The notes under the pieces: generated by a model
What the model was told of the DNA's origin: nothing
The model's input: the letters and a program-made list of their open reading frames with translations, nothing else
Database searches by the model: none
Program-made: the position numbers and the translations under genes
Virus record (IMG/VR): IMGVR_UViG_3300034374_007216
Span: 18,799-82,798 of that record
Direction: 5' to 3' (one strand)
DNA from: a virus
DNA: 64,000 bases
Shown: positions 52,645 to 62,423 of the stretch, piece by piece
Layout: every line of letters begins with the position of its first letter
How positions within the stretch are numbered: the stretch's first letter is position 1

Positions 52645-54054
52645 ATGAGAGAGATGACTATTGTAAAAAATTACCGAGCCGTACAGAAATTTCCAATATT
52701 AAATGCATACCTACACCATTTTTCATTGACATCATTGAGAAATGAAATACCGGGTTTGTTATCGTTTTTTTTCATACAGGGTCAAACAACACTACCATAC
52801 TTACGACTACCAACAGGCGATACGCATTTGGACCTACGAGTACATGTGTTTTGGATTCAACCCTCAAGGACAGGTAAATCAATCGCATGGAACTTCATCA
52901 GTGACATAATGAAGGAAGCCGATATTCCTTTTGAGTTATTCGCATCGGGTACAGACGCAGGTTTGATTGGTTCAACAGATACCGAGTATGATGGAAACGG
53001 TAAGCCTACAGGTGAAGTAATAACAGTTGAAGGGCTTTTAAGTGGTCGTAAAGCAATCAATTTCGATGAAGGGTCAATCCTTCTAACACCGAATAAACAT
53101 AGTCAAGAAACAGTGTTGTATCTTCAAACGGCATGTAACCCTGTAGGTAGCGGAAATAATACACTCGTTAAACACATGAAAGGAAACAAAATTGAGTGTC
53201 CTTCACTTGTGTCGCTTTGGATTACCACTTACCCTCCAAAGGGAGTAAAAGAGTATGTTCTCACTAAGGGTATCTTTCAGCGTGTATTGTTGCATTACGC
53301 TCATTGGGATTTAGATGACAGACAAGATGTAAGTTATACTCGATTGAATACCTTTTACAAAAAGCCAAATGTAGTTGAATATTCAAGAGAAGATTTGTAT
53401 GAATACTTTATAAATACTGACAAAAGAATTCGTGACCGATTATTGAATCTTGAAGAAATTACTTTCACTCAATGGAGTGAATCTTCAAGTGAAGAAAAAG
53501 AAGAGATAGTGCAACGACACATGTGGGAAATGTTTAGTGTGTCAAAGGATTTTGAAACTGCTTTACTACAATCATCGGATGAAATATACGATTTACTTCG
53601 CAACATGTCGCCTACGATGTCGGATATTGTTGCATCTTTCGTACCTGCGATAGAAAATTATCTTGGTATATTTTCTGTTCACATGGCATTGCTTGATGAG
53701 TCGTGGGTCATTACTGCTGAACATGTGGATATGTCGCATGAAATTTTGATTGACATATTTAGAAATCTAATCACATGGCTTGAAGATTCAGTTGAGATTG
53801 GTAACAACAAACAAAAAGAATCGAAGATTACTGAATCCATGATGAGTGTCTATCTTGAATGCACTCCTCATGAAATAGAAAACTTTGGCGACGGTTGGAG
53901 ATTACAGTCAATTGTCATGGGTCAATATGAAAATACGGCAAAAGTTTCTAAGAGCACAGCACAACGGCACTTCAAGGACTACGGCGGTGATTTGTTTCAA
54001 CGAAAGAAATCTGGTGGTCGTGTATATATTCGTAGGAAGGGTACAAATGAGTGA
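52645..54054 (+). CDS. Divergent MCM-like AAA+ helicase
   Basis: PSRTGKS, TDAGLIG, INFDEG, IFQR. Confidence 0.6.
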   Translation: MREMTIVKNYRAVQKFPILNAYLHHFSLTSLRNEIPGLLSFFFIQGQTTLPYLRLPTGDTHLDLRVHVFWIQPSRTGKSIAWNFISDIMKEADIPFELFASGTDAGLIGSTDTEYDGNGKPTGEVITVEGLLSGRKAINFDEGSILLTPNKHSQETVLYLQTACNPVGSGNNTLVKHMKGNKIECPSLVSLWITTYPPKGVKEYVLTKGIFQRVLLHYAHWDLDDRQDVSYTRLNTFYKKPNVVEYSREDLYEYFINTDKRIRDRLLNLEEITFTQWSESSSEEKEEIVQRHMWEMFSVSKDFETALLQSSDEIYDLLRNMSPTMSDIVASFVPAIENYLGIFSVHMALLDESWVITAEHVDMSHEILIDIFRNLITWLEDSVEIGNNKQKESKITESMMSVYLECTPHEIENFGDGWRLQSIVMGQYENTAKVSKSTAQRHFKDYGGDLFQRKKSGGRVYIRRKGTNE

Positions 54055-54652
54055 TGTGTTGGCATTAGATATTGAAACTACAAACTTCTCGTGGGAAATT
54101 GGAGGTTGGGATAAGACGGCATCGTTTGAACCATCAGTCGTGGCGACATGGGATGGTAACAAAGGAACTATCTATTGTGATGAATCCATTGATAATGAGC
54201 ATGTTGTAAAAGCCCTACATCCTCGTACTCTCGGAGATGACCTAACAGAACACATAGAAAAGGGCGGTGTAATCATAGGGCATAATATCAAATCATTTGA
54301 TTTACCCGTATTGCGTGATTCACTCGATTGTTGGGCTGTCAATGATTTACTTGGTAAATCCGATGCCGTCATAGATACAAGACATTTGATAAACAAAGCA
54401 TCTCTAAGTGTTGGTAAAGTTGATTTAACACTTGGTATGCTTGCAAAAACTACATTCAACGACAATAAGTTAATGAACAGTGCAGATGCACCGATTGCTT
54501 GGAGAGAGGGGCGATATGATGAGGTGGCAAAATACTGCTTGAGTGATGCCAAAATAACATACGATTTGTATGAGTTTGGTAAGAGTGAAGGCTACATTTC
54601 ATCACGAAGTCTTGAAACAGGCGATGTCGTTGAAATCCAAGTTGAGTGGTAA
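54047..54652 (+). CDS. DEDD / RNase H-like 3'-5' exonuclease
   Basis: LDIET, GHNIKSFD, YCLSD. Confidence 0.8.
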   Translation: MSDVLALDIETTNFSWEIGGWDKTASFEPSVVATWDGNKGTIYCDESIDNEHVVKALHPRTLGDDLTEHIEKGGVIIGHNIKSFDLPVLRDSLDCWAVNDLLGKSDAVIDTRHLINKASLSVGKVDLTLGMLAKTTFNDNKLMNSADAPIAWREGRYDEVAKYCLSDAKITYDLYEFGKSEGYISSRSLETGDVVEIQVEW

Positions 54653-56154
54653 ATATGGAGAAGGAAACAAACAAAGGAACAGCACAAGTACATAACATAA
54701 GAGCGGCGAAAACTGTAGCAGAAACAGTCAAATCAACGCTTGGCCCTATGGGTATGGATAAAATGATGGTGGATGGGCATGGCAATGTCATTGTAACAAA
54801 TGACGGTGCTACCATTCTTCGTGAATTAGATGTATCACATCCGGGCGGGAAGATGATTGCAGAAGTTGCAAAAACTCAAGAAACTCTTTGTTATGATGGA
54901 ACAACAAGTACAGTGGTACTCGCAGGTCAATTGTTAGGCAACAGCGAAACCCTGTTTGAAAAAGGGTTACACCCCAATGTCATTTGTCGTGGGTATCATG
55001 AAGCCGCACAGATGGCTGTCAAGTATCTTGCTGATGAAATTAAAATTGGCGACAAAAGTAATGAAGCATTGATAGGTGTAGCAAAAACTGCAATCACAGG
55101 TAAGACGCTTGAAAGTGCTCTCGATGCAGTAGCCTCACTTTGTGTATCAGCCGTACAAAAAGCGGGTGATGCAGAAAGCGTCAAGGTCGTATCGTTTGCA
55201 GGTGGTTCGTTAGAAGATTCTTACTTGTATGATGGTATCATTGTCAATAAGGACTATGTGCTTGAGGGTGAAGATAATTACTCACAAATGCTTCTCATCA
55301 ACGCAGGTCTTGAAGTTGAAAAGAGCGAAGAAAATGTACAGGTGCAATTGGATGCATCGTCATTCCAAACATACAAGAGTGCAGGTAAGGCTGATTTACT
55401 TTTACAAGCAAAAGAAATAGTTACCGCTTTGCCAAACGGCGGTGTTGTATTTGTACGGGATGGAGTACATGACATTGTTTGTGCTCATCTCAAAAAGAAC
55501 AATATCATGGTGGTACGAAGAGTACCCGAATCATCATTGCGTGCTTTGAGCCGTATGGCAAATACTCCAATCTATCAAACCGCAGAAGATATTGAGGCGG
55601 CGGCTGATGTAAAAATTACTCGTGAAAGAAAAAACGATGTTTGGTATTTGTTTGTTGATAGCGAACATGAATCAAACGAAGCAACACTTGTATTGCGTGG
55701 TGCTACAACGCACACACTTGAAGAAGTCGAGCGTGGGTTTGATGATGCACTTGGCGTAGTTTCACTCGTTATGAACAGTAAAGAGTATGTTGTTGGTGGA
55801 GGTAATTCGTATCTTCGCATGGCTGTACACCTACGCCAACATGCCGCACAGATTGGTGGAAGAGCACAAATGGCGATTGAAGCATTTGCTGACGCATTAG
55901 AAATTATCCCTGCCACGATTGCAGAAAATGCGGGGCATGACCCACTTGACACCATTCTTGCTATGCGACACGAGATTCTTCAAGGCAACACATCGGTAGG
56001 TCCAAATGTAACCAATGGTGGTGTCAAAGACCTGCTTGAAGATATGGTTATTGAACCCGTTGAATTAGTTCGTCAAGCGGTGCTAAGTGCGGCAGAAGTT
56101 ACTAATGCTATCTTACGCATTGACGACATTATTGCACGACGACCTACACAGTGA
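54646..56154 (+). CDS. Group II chaperonin (thermosome subunit)
   Basis: STLGPMGMDKM, TNDGATIL, DGTTS, ILRIDD. Confidence 0.95.
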   Translation: MVNMEKETNKGTAQVHNIRAAKTVAETVKSTLGPMGMDKMMVDGHGNVIVTNDGATILRELDVSHPGGKMIAEVAKTQETLCYDGTTSTVVLAGQLLGNSETLFEKGLHPNVICRGYHEAAQMAVKYLADEIKIGDKSNEALIGVAKTAITGKTLESALDAVASLCVSAVQKAGDAESVKVVSFAGGSLEDSYLYDGIIVNKDYVLEGEDNYSQMLLINAGLEVEKSEENVQVQLDASSFQTYKSAGKADLLLQAKEIVTALPNGGVVFVRDGVHDIVCAHLKKNNIMVVRRVPESSLRALSRMANTPIYQTAEDIEAAADVKITRERKNDVWYLFVDSEHESNEATLVLRGATTHTLEEVERGFDDALGVVSLVMNSKEYVVGGGNSYLRMAVHLRQHAAQIGGRAQMAIEAFADALEIIPATIAENAGHDPLDTILAMRHEILQGNTSVGPNVTNGGVKDLLEDMVIEPVELVRQAVLSAAEVTNAILRIDDIIARRPTQ

Positions 56155-56158
56155 TACA

Positions 56159-56359
56159 ATGGGTAAATTGTTTGATAGGCTACAGCAACCTTGTCCTCGT
56201 TGCGGGGCTATAGATGTGCCAAGAAGAATGATTGCACGATTCGTTGATGGTGATAGAGAGCGAGCATATCTTATGTTTTGTCCTCACTGCGGGGAGTTTT
56301 GGCTCGACCCAACCGTGAGAAGAAAGAAGCAGTACCATTTTGAGGCTTTGAAAAGATAG
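56159..56359 (+). CDS. Small zinc-ribbon protein
   Basis: CPRCG...CPHCG. Confidence 0.55.
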   Translation: MGKLFDRLQQPCPRCGAIDVPRRMIARFVDGDRERAYLMFCPHCGEFWLDPTVRRKKQYHFEALKR

Positions 56360-56419
56360 CGTTCTTTACTACTTGTATGCTCATTATTTTTTCCACATAT
56401 TCGTCTAACCATTTGTCCA

Positions 56420-58663
56420 TCATACCAACCCCAAGTTACTTAGTGAAGTGATAAGGTCATCTAATTTTGTTTGAATATTGTTAATGTTGATGTTGAGTTG
56501 ATTGATTGCTGTGGTAAAATCTGCGTGTGCTGTATCACCAACACCCGGTGGAGTTGGCACACCTGTTGGAGCACCTGCTTGAGGACCCAAACTTGGAACT
56601 GCTGTTTGAGAAGCGGGTGCTGTTCCAAAGAAGCCAACATTTTGACTCACAGATAAATTACCCGAAATATCAACAATTCTATTTGCTTCTGCACCGTCTA
56701 TTCCTGCTGTAATATCTATGACTTTTACATTACCACCCGTTGTTCCTGCGGCATAAATTTCTAAATCATCTCCTGCATTATAAACTTGTAATTTTGCTGG
56801 CCCTGTTCCATAGCCTAATTGCATACTATTTGCATATATCTTGTCGGGAACAATTAAAGCCTTAGCAGAAACATCAACTTGTGCAATATTTGTTGGAGTT
56901 CCTCCAAAATTACCTTTAAGAAATATATCTTTGTCTAAAAAAGTATTTTCAATAATAACATCATTAGAAGTTACTGATAATTTTAAATCACTTTGAACAG
57001 TTACTGTTCCTGTTAAATCCAATGTGGATTCTCCTTCAACGGCGGCAATTGCGTCAGCATCAACATAAGCAGTAGCCCCTGTTGCTATACCTGTTAATTT
57101 ATTTCTTTCGGATGTTGTCATCATCACATTAGTTAAACCATCAGCCAAATCATCAGCATCTAAAACTACAGCACCCGTTGCACTGTTCACGCTTTGTACA
57201 GGGGCGGCTGATGCGGCGGCGGCGGCATCAGTAAAACCTGCATCGTTAGTGAGTTCACTGATGTTATCGTTTGCACGCATAACAGCGTTAGAGCCAATTT
57301 TCGGTCGGTTGGATGCTCCACTGTCGAGCCATAGTGTATTACCGGCTACGCCACCGGGATTAGCACCTTGAGGGTCAAGTTCAAGCCCCGTGGGGTCAAT
57401 GAGTCCTGTAACAGTTAATTTACCATTCACAGTCAATTCTCCACCAACGGCATCCCACGATAAGTCGGCATCGCTTGTGAATCCACCAGCACCATCGGAG
57501 AGTTGCACAAGACCACTTGCACCCGATGAAGCAGGGCTTACTGTACCGCTTACCATCACTTTCTTCCACGCACTTCCATCGTAGGTGAACATTGTAGCCT
57601 CAGTTGCCACTACATTTGAATTCAATCCTGTACTATCGAATGTTACAGTGCTTCCACTTGGTACGCTTACAAACACGGTGTAGCCGGGTGGAAATGTACC
57701 ACTTGGATTGAGGTTAATGGTAGTGGATGGGGTGAGGACAAAAATTTGATTACTCCCAAAAGTAAATGTTTGGTTTGATGAGGGAGATGAAACATCAATA
57801 TGAGTTGGACCGAGAAGATGTGTATGCCGTGTGCCTCCCGAATCTTTTGACGAGTAATACAAATTTGCATCACCGTCTGCGTTGTATGATTGCCACATCG
57901 CACCGAGTCGGCTTGCCGCCAAGTTACCTGTTTCGGAGTGTAGGCTATCGAGGGCGGCGTGACCACTTACTGCTGTTGTAGCACCTACGATACCTGTAGT
58001 AACGGGTGTGAAATAAATTGGATTAGGTCGTACAAATATTCGCTTATCATTGCTTTCACTAATATTAAGATAAAGGTCGCCGCCTGTACCAGAATACACC
58101 GCACGAATAACAGCAAGCACTACACTTTGTTTTACCGTTAATCCACTTTTAGGCTCACTAAGAAATGCTGATGGGGTGGTTGGGTATGTGTTTGATGCTG
58201 TTGTAACGGGTGTACCCATTTCCCATGTAATGCACTGATTTGTTGTATCTGTTGATACATACACAACGATGAGAACTTCTTGACCTGTTGTAAGAGCACT
58301 GTAAGTTGCTCTTCGATGAGGACTTGTTGTAGTAAAAGCAACATCTTGAGTTGAGCCGGGTCCACCTGCAAACGCATATACTACACCGTCAATTACAGCG
58401 TGTCCACCTTCAATTCGCACAGTGTAACTGTTCGTTACTTGTTCGCATACACCCGGCAAATCTTCGGGAGTATTACGGTCACTGTCGGATGAGGCTGTAT
58501 CTTCCTCAAGTATGATACCGTTACCATGCACACCTTCAAGCATGTTGGTAAGCGATGGGCTTGTGATATGCTCTCCATCTTCTAAACTATCTGTAAATAC
58601 CCCGCTACCCGTCATGGATGCTTGGTTTGCCGCCGTATGCCCCGATAATGGATTCCCTGTCAT
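56420..58663 (-). CDS. Putative tail fibre / virion structural protein
   Basis: 747 aa, Thr/Ser/Gly-rich; VQSVNSATGAVVL and ERNKLTGIATGAT fibre motifs; C-terminal coil. Confidence 0.7.
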   Translation of the reverse strand: MTGNPLSGHTAANQASMTGSGVFTDSLEDGEHITSPSLTNMLEGVHGNGIILEEDTASSDSDRNTPEDLPGVCEQVTNSYTVRIEGGHAVIDGVVYAFAGGPGSTQDVAFTTTSPHRRATYSALTTGQEVLIVVYVSTDTTNQCITWEMGTPVTTASNTYPTTPSAFLSEPKSGLTVKQSVVLAVIRAVYSGTGGDLYLNISESNDKRIFVRPNPIYFTPVTTGIVGATTAVSGHAALDSLHSETGNLAASRLGAMWQSYNADGDANLYYSSKDSGGTRHTHLLGPTHIDVSSPSSNQTFTFGSNQIFVLTPSTTINLNPSGTFPPGYTVFVSVPSGSTVTFDSTGLNSNVVATEATMFTYDGSAWKKVMVSGTVSPASSGASGLVQLSDGAGGFTSDADLSWDAVGGELTVNGKLTVTGLIDPTGLELDPQGANPGGVAGNTLWLDSGASNRPKIGSNAVMRANDNISELTNDAGFTDAAAAASAAPVQSVNSATGAVVLDADDLADGLTNVMMTTSERNKLTGIATGATAYVDADAIAAVEGESTLDLTGTVTVQSDLKLSVTSNDVIIENTFLDKDIFLKGNFGGTPTNIAQVDVSAKALIVPDKIYANSMQLGYGTGPAKLQVYNAGDDLEIYAAGTTGGNVKVIDITAGIDGAEANRIVDISGNLSVSQNVGFFGTAPASQTAVPSLGPQAGAPTGVPTPPGVGDTAHADFTTAINQLNININNIQTKLDDLITSLSNLGLV

Positions 58664-59007
58664 TATGCCACCTCAATTGCTATTTGTATCTTCAATTCAT
58701 TTGATGAAGATTTAGTTATTGGGTTAATTGTATATCGTGCAACAGGTGTAAATTCTGTTGCACCACGAAATTGAATATACACCTCTTTTATTTTATCAGT
58801 AAATGTTGTATCGTATGGTAACTTTGCTTCAACAAGTAATGAAGTGTCATCAACAATAGTAATCGTAGGAGTGAGAGTGATGGCGGGGCGACCTGCCGCA
58901 CCGTCGTCAGTAGTGGCTGGTGTACCATCAAAACCTAAAATAACTTCATTGATATTATCAGCCAAAGTGTCAAGCAAAAGACGACGCATATAATCGCTAA
59001 TCGGCAT
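58663..59007 (-). CDS. Putative tail protein
   Basis: Start MPISDY with GGAGG RBS; beta-rich; between structural genes. Confidence 0.55.
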   Translation of the reverse strand: MPISDYMRRLLLDTLADNINEVILGFDGTPATTDDGAAGRPAITLTPTITIVDDTSLLVEAKLPYDTTFTDKIKEVYIQFRGATEFTPVARYTINPITKSSSNELKIQIAIEVA

Positions 59008-60412
59008 ATAGATTCCTCCTTTGTCTTGTCTTGTTCGCACCAATCGGAAGCCCGTTCTTGCCGAGTAGCCCTCGATTATGTGTTCCCTTAACACCTCCGA
59101 TAAGGTACGCCGTATTAAATACCCCACGCTCTTTAACAACTGATACAATCCTTAATTCGACTTTTCCAAACAAAGCCAAATTCTGTTCAACAACTTGAAC
59201 ATAAGTAGCGGGGTTTGTTTCATTCACCCCAACAGTCGTTCCTTCTGCTATGCCCTGCAAAATACCTTCAATACCTGTATCTAAATTGAGGAGTGTAATG
59301 TCACTCATGTTACGCATTGGCATGTGTTTTACTTCACTTACAACTTTCTTTTCTCCGCCATAATTGATAGCCATACCGGGTCTTAAGTTGAGCAAATTCA
59401 TGTGTCCTTCACTTGATATGCTACCACGAGCAAGCGAGCGTGATTTGAGTATTTGTCGTGCCACTCTTCGTGCGGCATTTGTTGTTCTTGCTGTATTATC
59501 AACAACGGGCGAAGAATCTTCACGAACCTCCTCCACCTGTCCTTCAACATCATCAACAGTAACAATGACCAAATCGTTTAGTGCTAATGGGTGTCCTTGA
59601 ACCGTAACACGATTGGATATGTTTTCTATTGGATTATCTTGTTTTCCACCAAATCGGAAATTCTTGTCCACGAAAATTGACGCTTCACTAAATGTAATCG
59701 GTATGTAAAGTAAGTTACCAAATCTATCAAGCAACAACATACGGCTATCATGTCGGCCTAAGAATCGAAGTGCTGTCATCAAATTCATATTGTTGAAGTC
59801 TTGACCTACAAATCGTGTACTATGCTTACGAGCAGATGATGCTGTTGAGTTTTTTGGTCGTGATATATTGACACTTGTAGCACCGCTATTGATTGATTCA
59901 CCGAGTCGGATTGCTAAATCAGTAGTACGCAGACCGACATCTATTGGTTGCCCCATTTTAACGATGTTATTTGTAAAACCTATACCGCTCAATGTTTTAC
60001 CTTTCATGTTTCGTAAATTTGCAATTACACCATACGATGCTGATTCTATTGTATGGGGAAGCAACCTTTGATTTGTTTCATCAGCATTGTAAATTAACAT
60101 TGGTTTGTTTGTTGATGAAATAACATTATCAGCAAAGAAAGGAGCGGCAAGACTTGAATGACCGGGTTGTTCATTGTGTGTAAGTTGTATGTATGATTCA
60201 CCTTCAACCAATTGATATGTACGCTCCGGTGTAACTTGTAATGTACGAGAATTACTTTTTTCAATAATTACTTTTGCTTTTGGTGATGTTTGAATAGAAA
60301 CACGAGCATGATGTACTGCGTTATCAACAAAAACAGGCTTACGCACATGTTTCATAATTTCATCAGCATCAGTATTGTACCGACCTTTTCGGGTATTGCT
60401 GATTACTGCCAT
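58997..60412 (-). CDS. Putative tail hub/baseplate protein
   Basis: DRFGNLLY, NRVTVQG, LRPGM patterns typical of hub proteins. Confidence 0.55.
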   Translation of the reverse strand: MAVISNTRKGRYNTDADEIMKHVRKPVFVDNAVHHARVSIQTSPKAKVIIEKSNSRTLQVTPERTYQLVEGESYIQLTHNEQPGHSSLAAPFFADNVISSTNKPMLIYNADETNQRLLPHTIESASYGVIANLRNMKGKTLSGIGFTNNIVKMGQPIDVGLRTTDLAIRLGESINSGATSVNISRPKNSTASSARKHSTRFVGQDFNNMNLMTALRFLGRHDSRMLLLDRFGNLLYIPITFSEASIFVDKNFRFGGKQDNPIENISNRVTVQGHPLALNDLVIVTVDDVEGQVEEVREDSSPVVDNTARTTNAARRVARQILKSRSLARGSISSEGHMNLLNLRPGMAINYGGEKKVVSEVKHMPMRNMSDITLLNLDTGIEGILQGIAEGTTVGVNETNPATYVQVVEQNLALFGKVELRIVSVVKERGVFNTAYLIGGVKGTHNRGLLGKNGLPIGANKTRQRRNLYAD

Positions 60413-60414
60413 TA

Positions 60415-61131
60415 CTAATCACCCCTAAGCCAAGATTCACGAGTTTCTTGTACTAAAGGTTGAAATTCTTTACTCCAACCAAGAGCCATTCGACCATCTC
60501 TCGGTTGCCATTGAATTTGGTCAAAATAATCAGTTCCGAAACTTGGCATTTGAACAAGTCTTTCGGGTGGTATATCTTGTTCTAAATATGCTTCTGCTGG
60601 TTCACCCACATCACCTTCATTGCGGAATTGACCTGTTGTAATTTCAGCAGGTAATCGAATGCCTATCCATTTTCTATCTTCTGGATTTATATGTTGATGT
60701 ATTGGAACATCGGGAGGTGCAACAAAAGACCCTCTTTTTCCTTTGTCATCGTATAGTTCTTCAAATAAATTAAATGGAACTATACCATAATCGGGATTGA
60801 ATTCTTTAAAACCGTGTTGCATGATTATATCATGTTCCCAATCAATTGCATCGGGATGAGGCTCAGACCCAATAAGACCTGTATGGATTAACCTTTCAGC
60901 AGGTGGATGTAATATTTTATCACGAATTGCCTGTTCAATTTTTGCTCTTTTTTCTGCAACACTTAAATCTTCTAATTCTAATCTTGGGTCTTGCATATAC
61001 CAATCCATTGTAGGATGCCATCGAGTCATAGTTACCGGCCCATACGAACTTGGTAAATCGGGATGGAACTCACCTAATTCAGTTTGGCGAGTAGCCTTGA
61101 GGAAAACCCATGCTTTGTGAAAGGCGGTCAT
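60415..61131 (-). CDS. ART-like domain protein with MTAFHKAWVFLK leader and QTELGEF
   Basis: RWHPT...IHTGL...WIGIR...EAYLEQDIPPERL. Confidence 0.55.
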   Translation of the reverse strand: MTAFHKAWVFLKATRQTELGEFHPDLPSSYGPVTMTRWHPTMDWYMQDPRLELEDLSVAEKRAKIEQAIRDKILHPPAERLIHTGLIGSEPHPDAIDWEHDIIMQHGFKEFNPDYGIVPFNLFEELYDDKGKRGSFVAPPDVPIHQHINPEDRKWIGIRLPAEITTGQFRNEGDVGEPAEAYLEQDIPPERLVQMPSFGTDYFDQIQWQPRDGRMALGWSKEFQPLVQETRESWLRGD

Positions 61132-61685
61132 TGCGTTTCCCTCCATTCAATGAAGTCTTGGTCACGCTTTTGCTGTTCGGGATATAGGCTCTCATTCAAT
61201 CTCGCTTGTTCACTTGTTCTTCCAATTCTTACAAGTGCTTCGGGTGGAATGTTTTGTGGAATTGCATATGAATTGAACAACTGCCTTTCCCCGAACTCAT
61301 CGGGAGAATACGATTCATCCAAATAAGCATCGTTAAGCCTATTACCTCTTATCCCCCATACATCCATCGCTCCTGTGGGTGAACGAGCCGACACTTCACC
61401 ACCCATATCGTGTACCATCCTTACGACTTTCTCCATGTTGCTCGTCGTGGGTTCAATATTGTTATTAAGCATCCACGCCCAAACTGCTTTTTCGGGCATG
61501 TCTTCACTATGATATTGCTTCCAACCTTTTGTTGGTAAAGCCTTCATACCCTCGCTTTGGATTTGTTTTCTGCGAGACTCTTTTGTGTAGCGTGCTCCTC
61601 TCACCGGCCCATACGAACTTGGTAAATCGGGATGAAACTCACCCAACTCCGTTTGGCGAGTAGCCTTGAGGAAAACCCATGCTTT
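61034..61685. repeat. 83-bp near-identical direct repeat (61034-61116 and 61603-61685)
   Basis: Both encode KAWVFLKATRQTELGEFHPDLPSSYGPV. Confidence 0.9.
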
Positions 61686-61991
61686 ACTCATTGCTAATTT
61701 TTGTTGTCCGGGTTGATTAGCAATATCGGCACGCCATTGTTCTCTTTGTTGGCGTTCCATTGCCTCTTGCTTGTTCTTTTCAGCCTGTGCTTTTGCTTCT
61801 TCAATAGGAGTTAAGGTTGCTTGTACTCCACCGTCAAGGGTTGATTGCATACCGAATCGGGTTTGCCCTTGAGGGAGTTCTTTTTTCATGGGTAATTTTT
61901 TGTCTTTTGGAGTTTTAGCCTCAAATTCACGAGCCAACTTTGGGTGTTTTGCATACATAAAACGCCTTTGGGCTTGACTCTCAAATGGCAA
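61128..61991 (-). CDS. ART-like domain protein with internal KAWVFLK motif
   Basis: RYT...IQSEGM...VWAW...VWGIR...YAIPQNIPPEAL; N-terminal MPFESQAQRRFMYAKHP module. Confidence 0.55.
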   Translation of the reverse strand: MPFESQAQRRFMYAKHPKLAREFEAKTPKDKKLPMKKELPQGQTRFGMQSTLDGGVQATLTPIEEAKAQAEKNKQEAMERQQREQWRADIANQPGQQKLAMSKAWVFLKATRQTELGEFHPDLPSSYGPVRGARYTKESRRKQIQSEGMKALPTKGWKQYHSEDMPEKAVWAWMLNNNIEPTTSNMEKVVRMVHDMGGEVSARSPTGAMDVWGIRGNRLNDAYLDESYSPDEFGERQLFNSYAIPQNIPPEALVRIGRTSEQARLNESLYPEQQKRDQDFIEWRETQ

Positions 61992-61997
61992 CCATCC

Positions 61998-62423
61998 TCA
62001 CCACTTGACCTTATCAGCCCAATATGCGGCACTCATTGGACCACGAGCAATGTTTTTAGCGTGGCGAGATTTGAATGATTTACGCTTATTTTTCATGCGT
62101 TGAGATTCACCCGCTTTTGGTTTGCCAGCCACACTTGCACCTTGTTCACCAAATCGAATAGTCTTTGTTTTTCCACCCGACCTCGCTACAACAATATGTG
62201 ATTTCTTAGGATGATTAGGTGTACGCTTTGGTTTGTTAAACCCACTCACACCCGCACGAGCGAGGCGTGGGTCACGCTTTTGTGCTTTTTCTAACTCTTT
62301 ATATCCACCACATGAAGCACAATCGGGCCTACCGCAATAACTCCATCCTTCTTTATGTGAATAATCTTCACAGTCATATTGTTTGGCTTTAAGAAGATTC
62401 CATGCGTCATTCATTGGATTCAT
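61998..62423 (-). CDS. Basic phage protein (DUF6321-like) with MNPMNDAWNLLK leader
   Basis: PKKSHIVVA...TIRFGEQG...KSFKSRH...AYWADKVKW. Confidence 0.65.
   Translation of the reverse strand: MNPMNDAWNLLKAKQYDCEDYSHKEGWSYCGRPDCASCGGYKELEKAQKRDPRLARAGVSGFNKPKRTPNHPKKSHIVVARSGGKTKTIRFGEQGASVAGKPKAGESQRMKNKRKSFKSRHAKNIARGPMSAAYWADKVKW

Noticed and set aside
61034-61685. 83-bp repeat as DGR template/variable repeat
   Set aside because: The few differences are synonymous and both copies are N-proximal coding sequence; no reverse transcriptase in the window.
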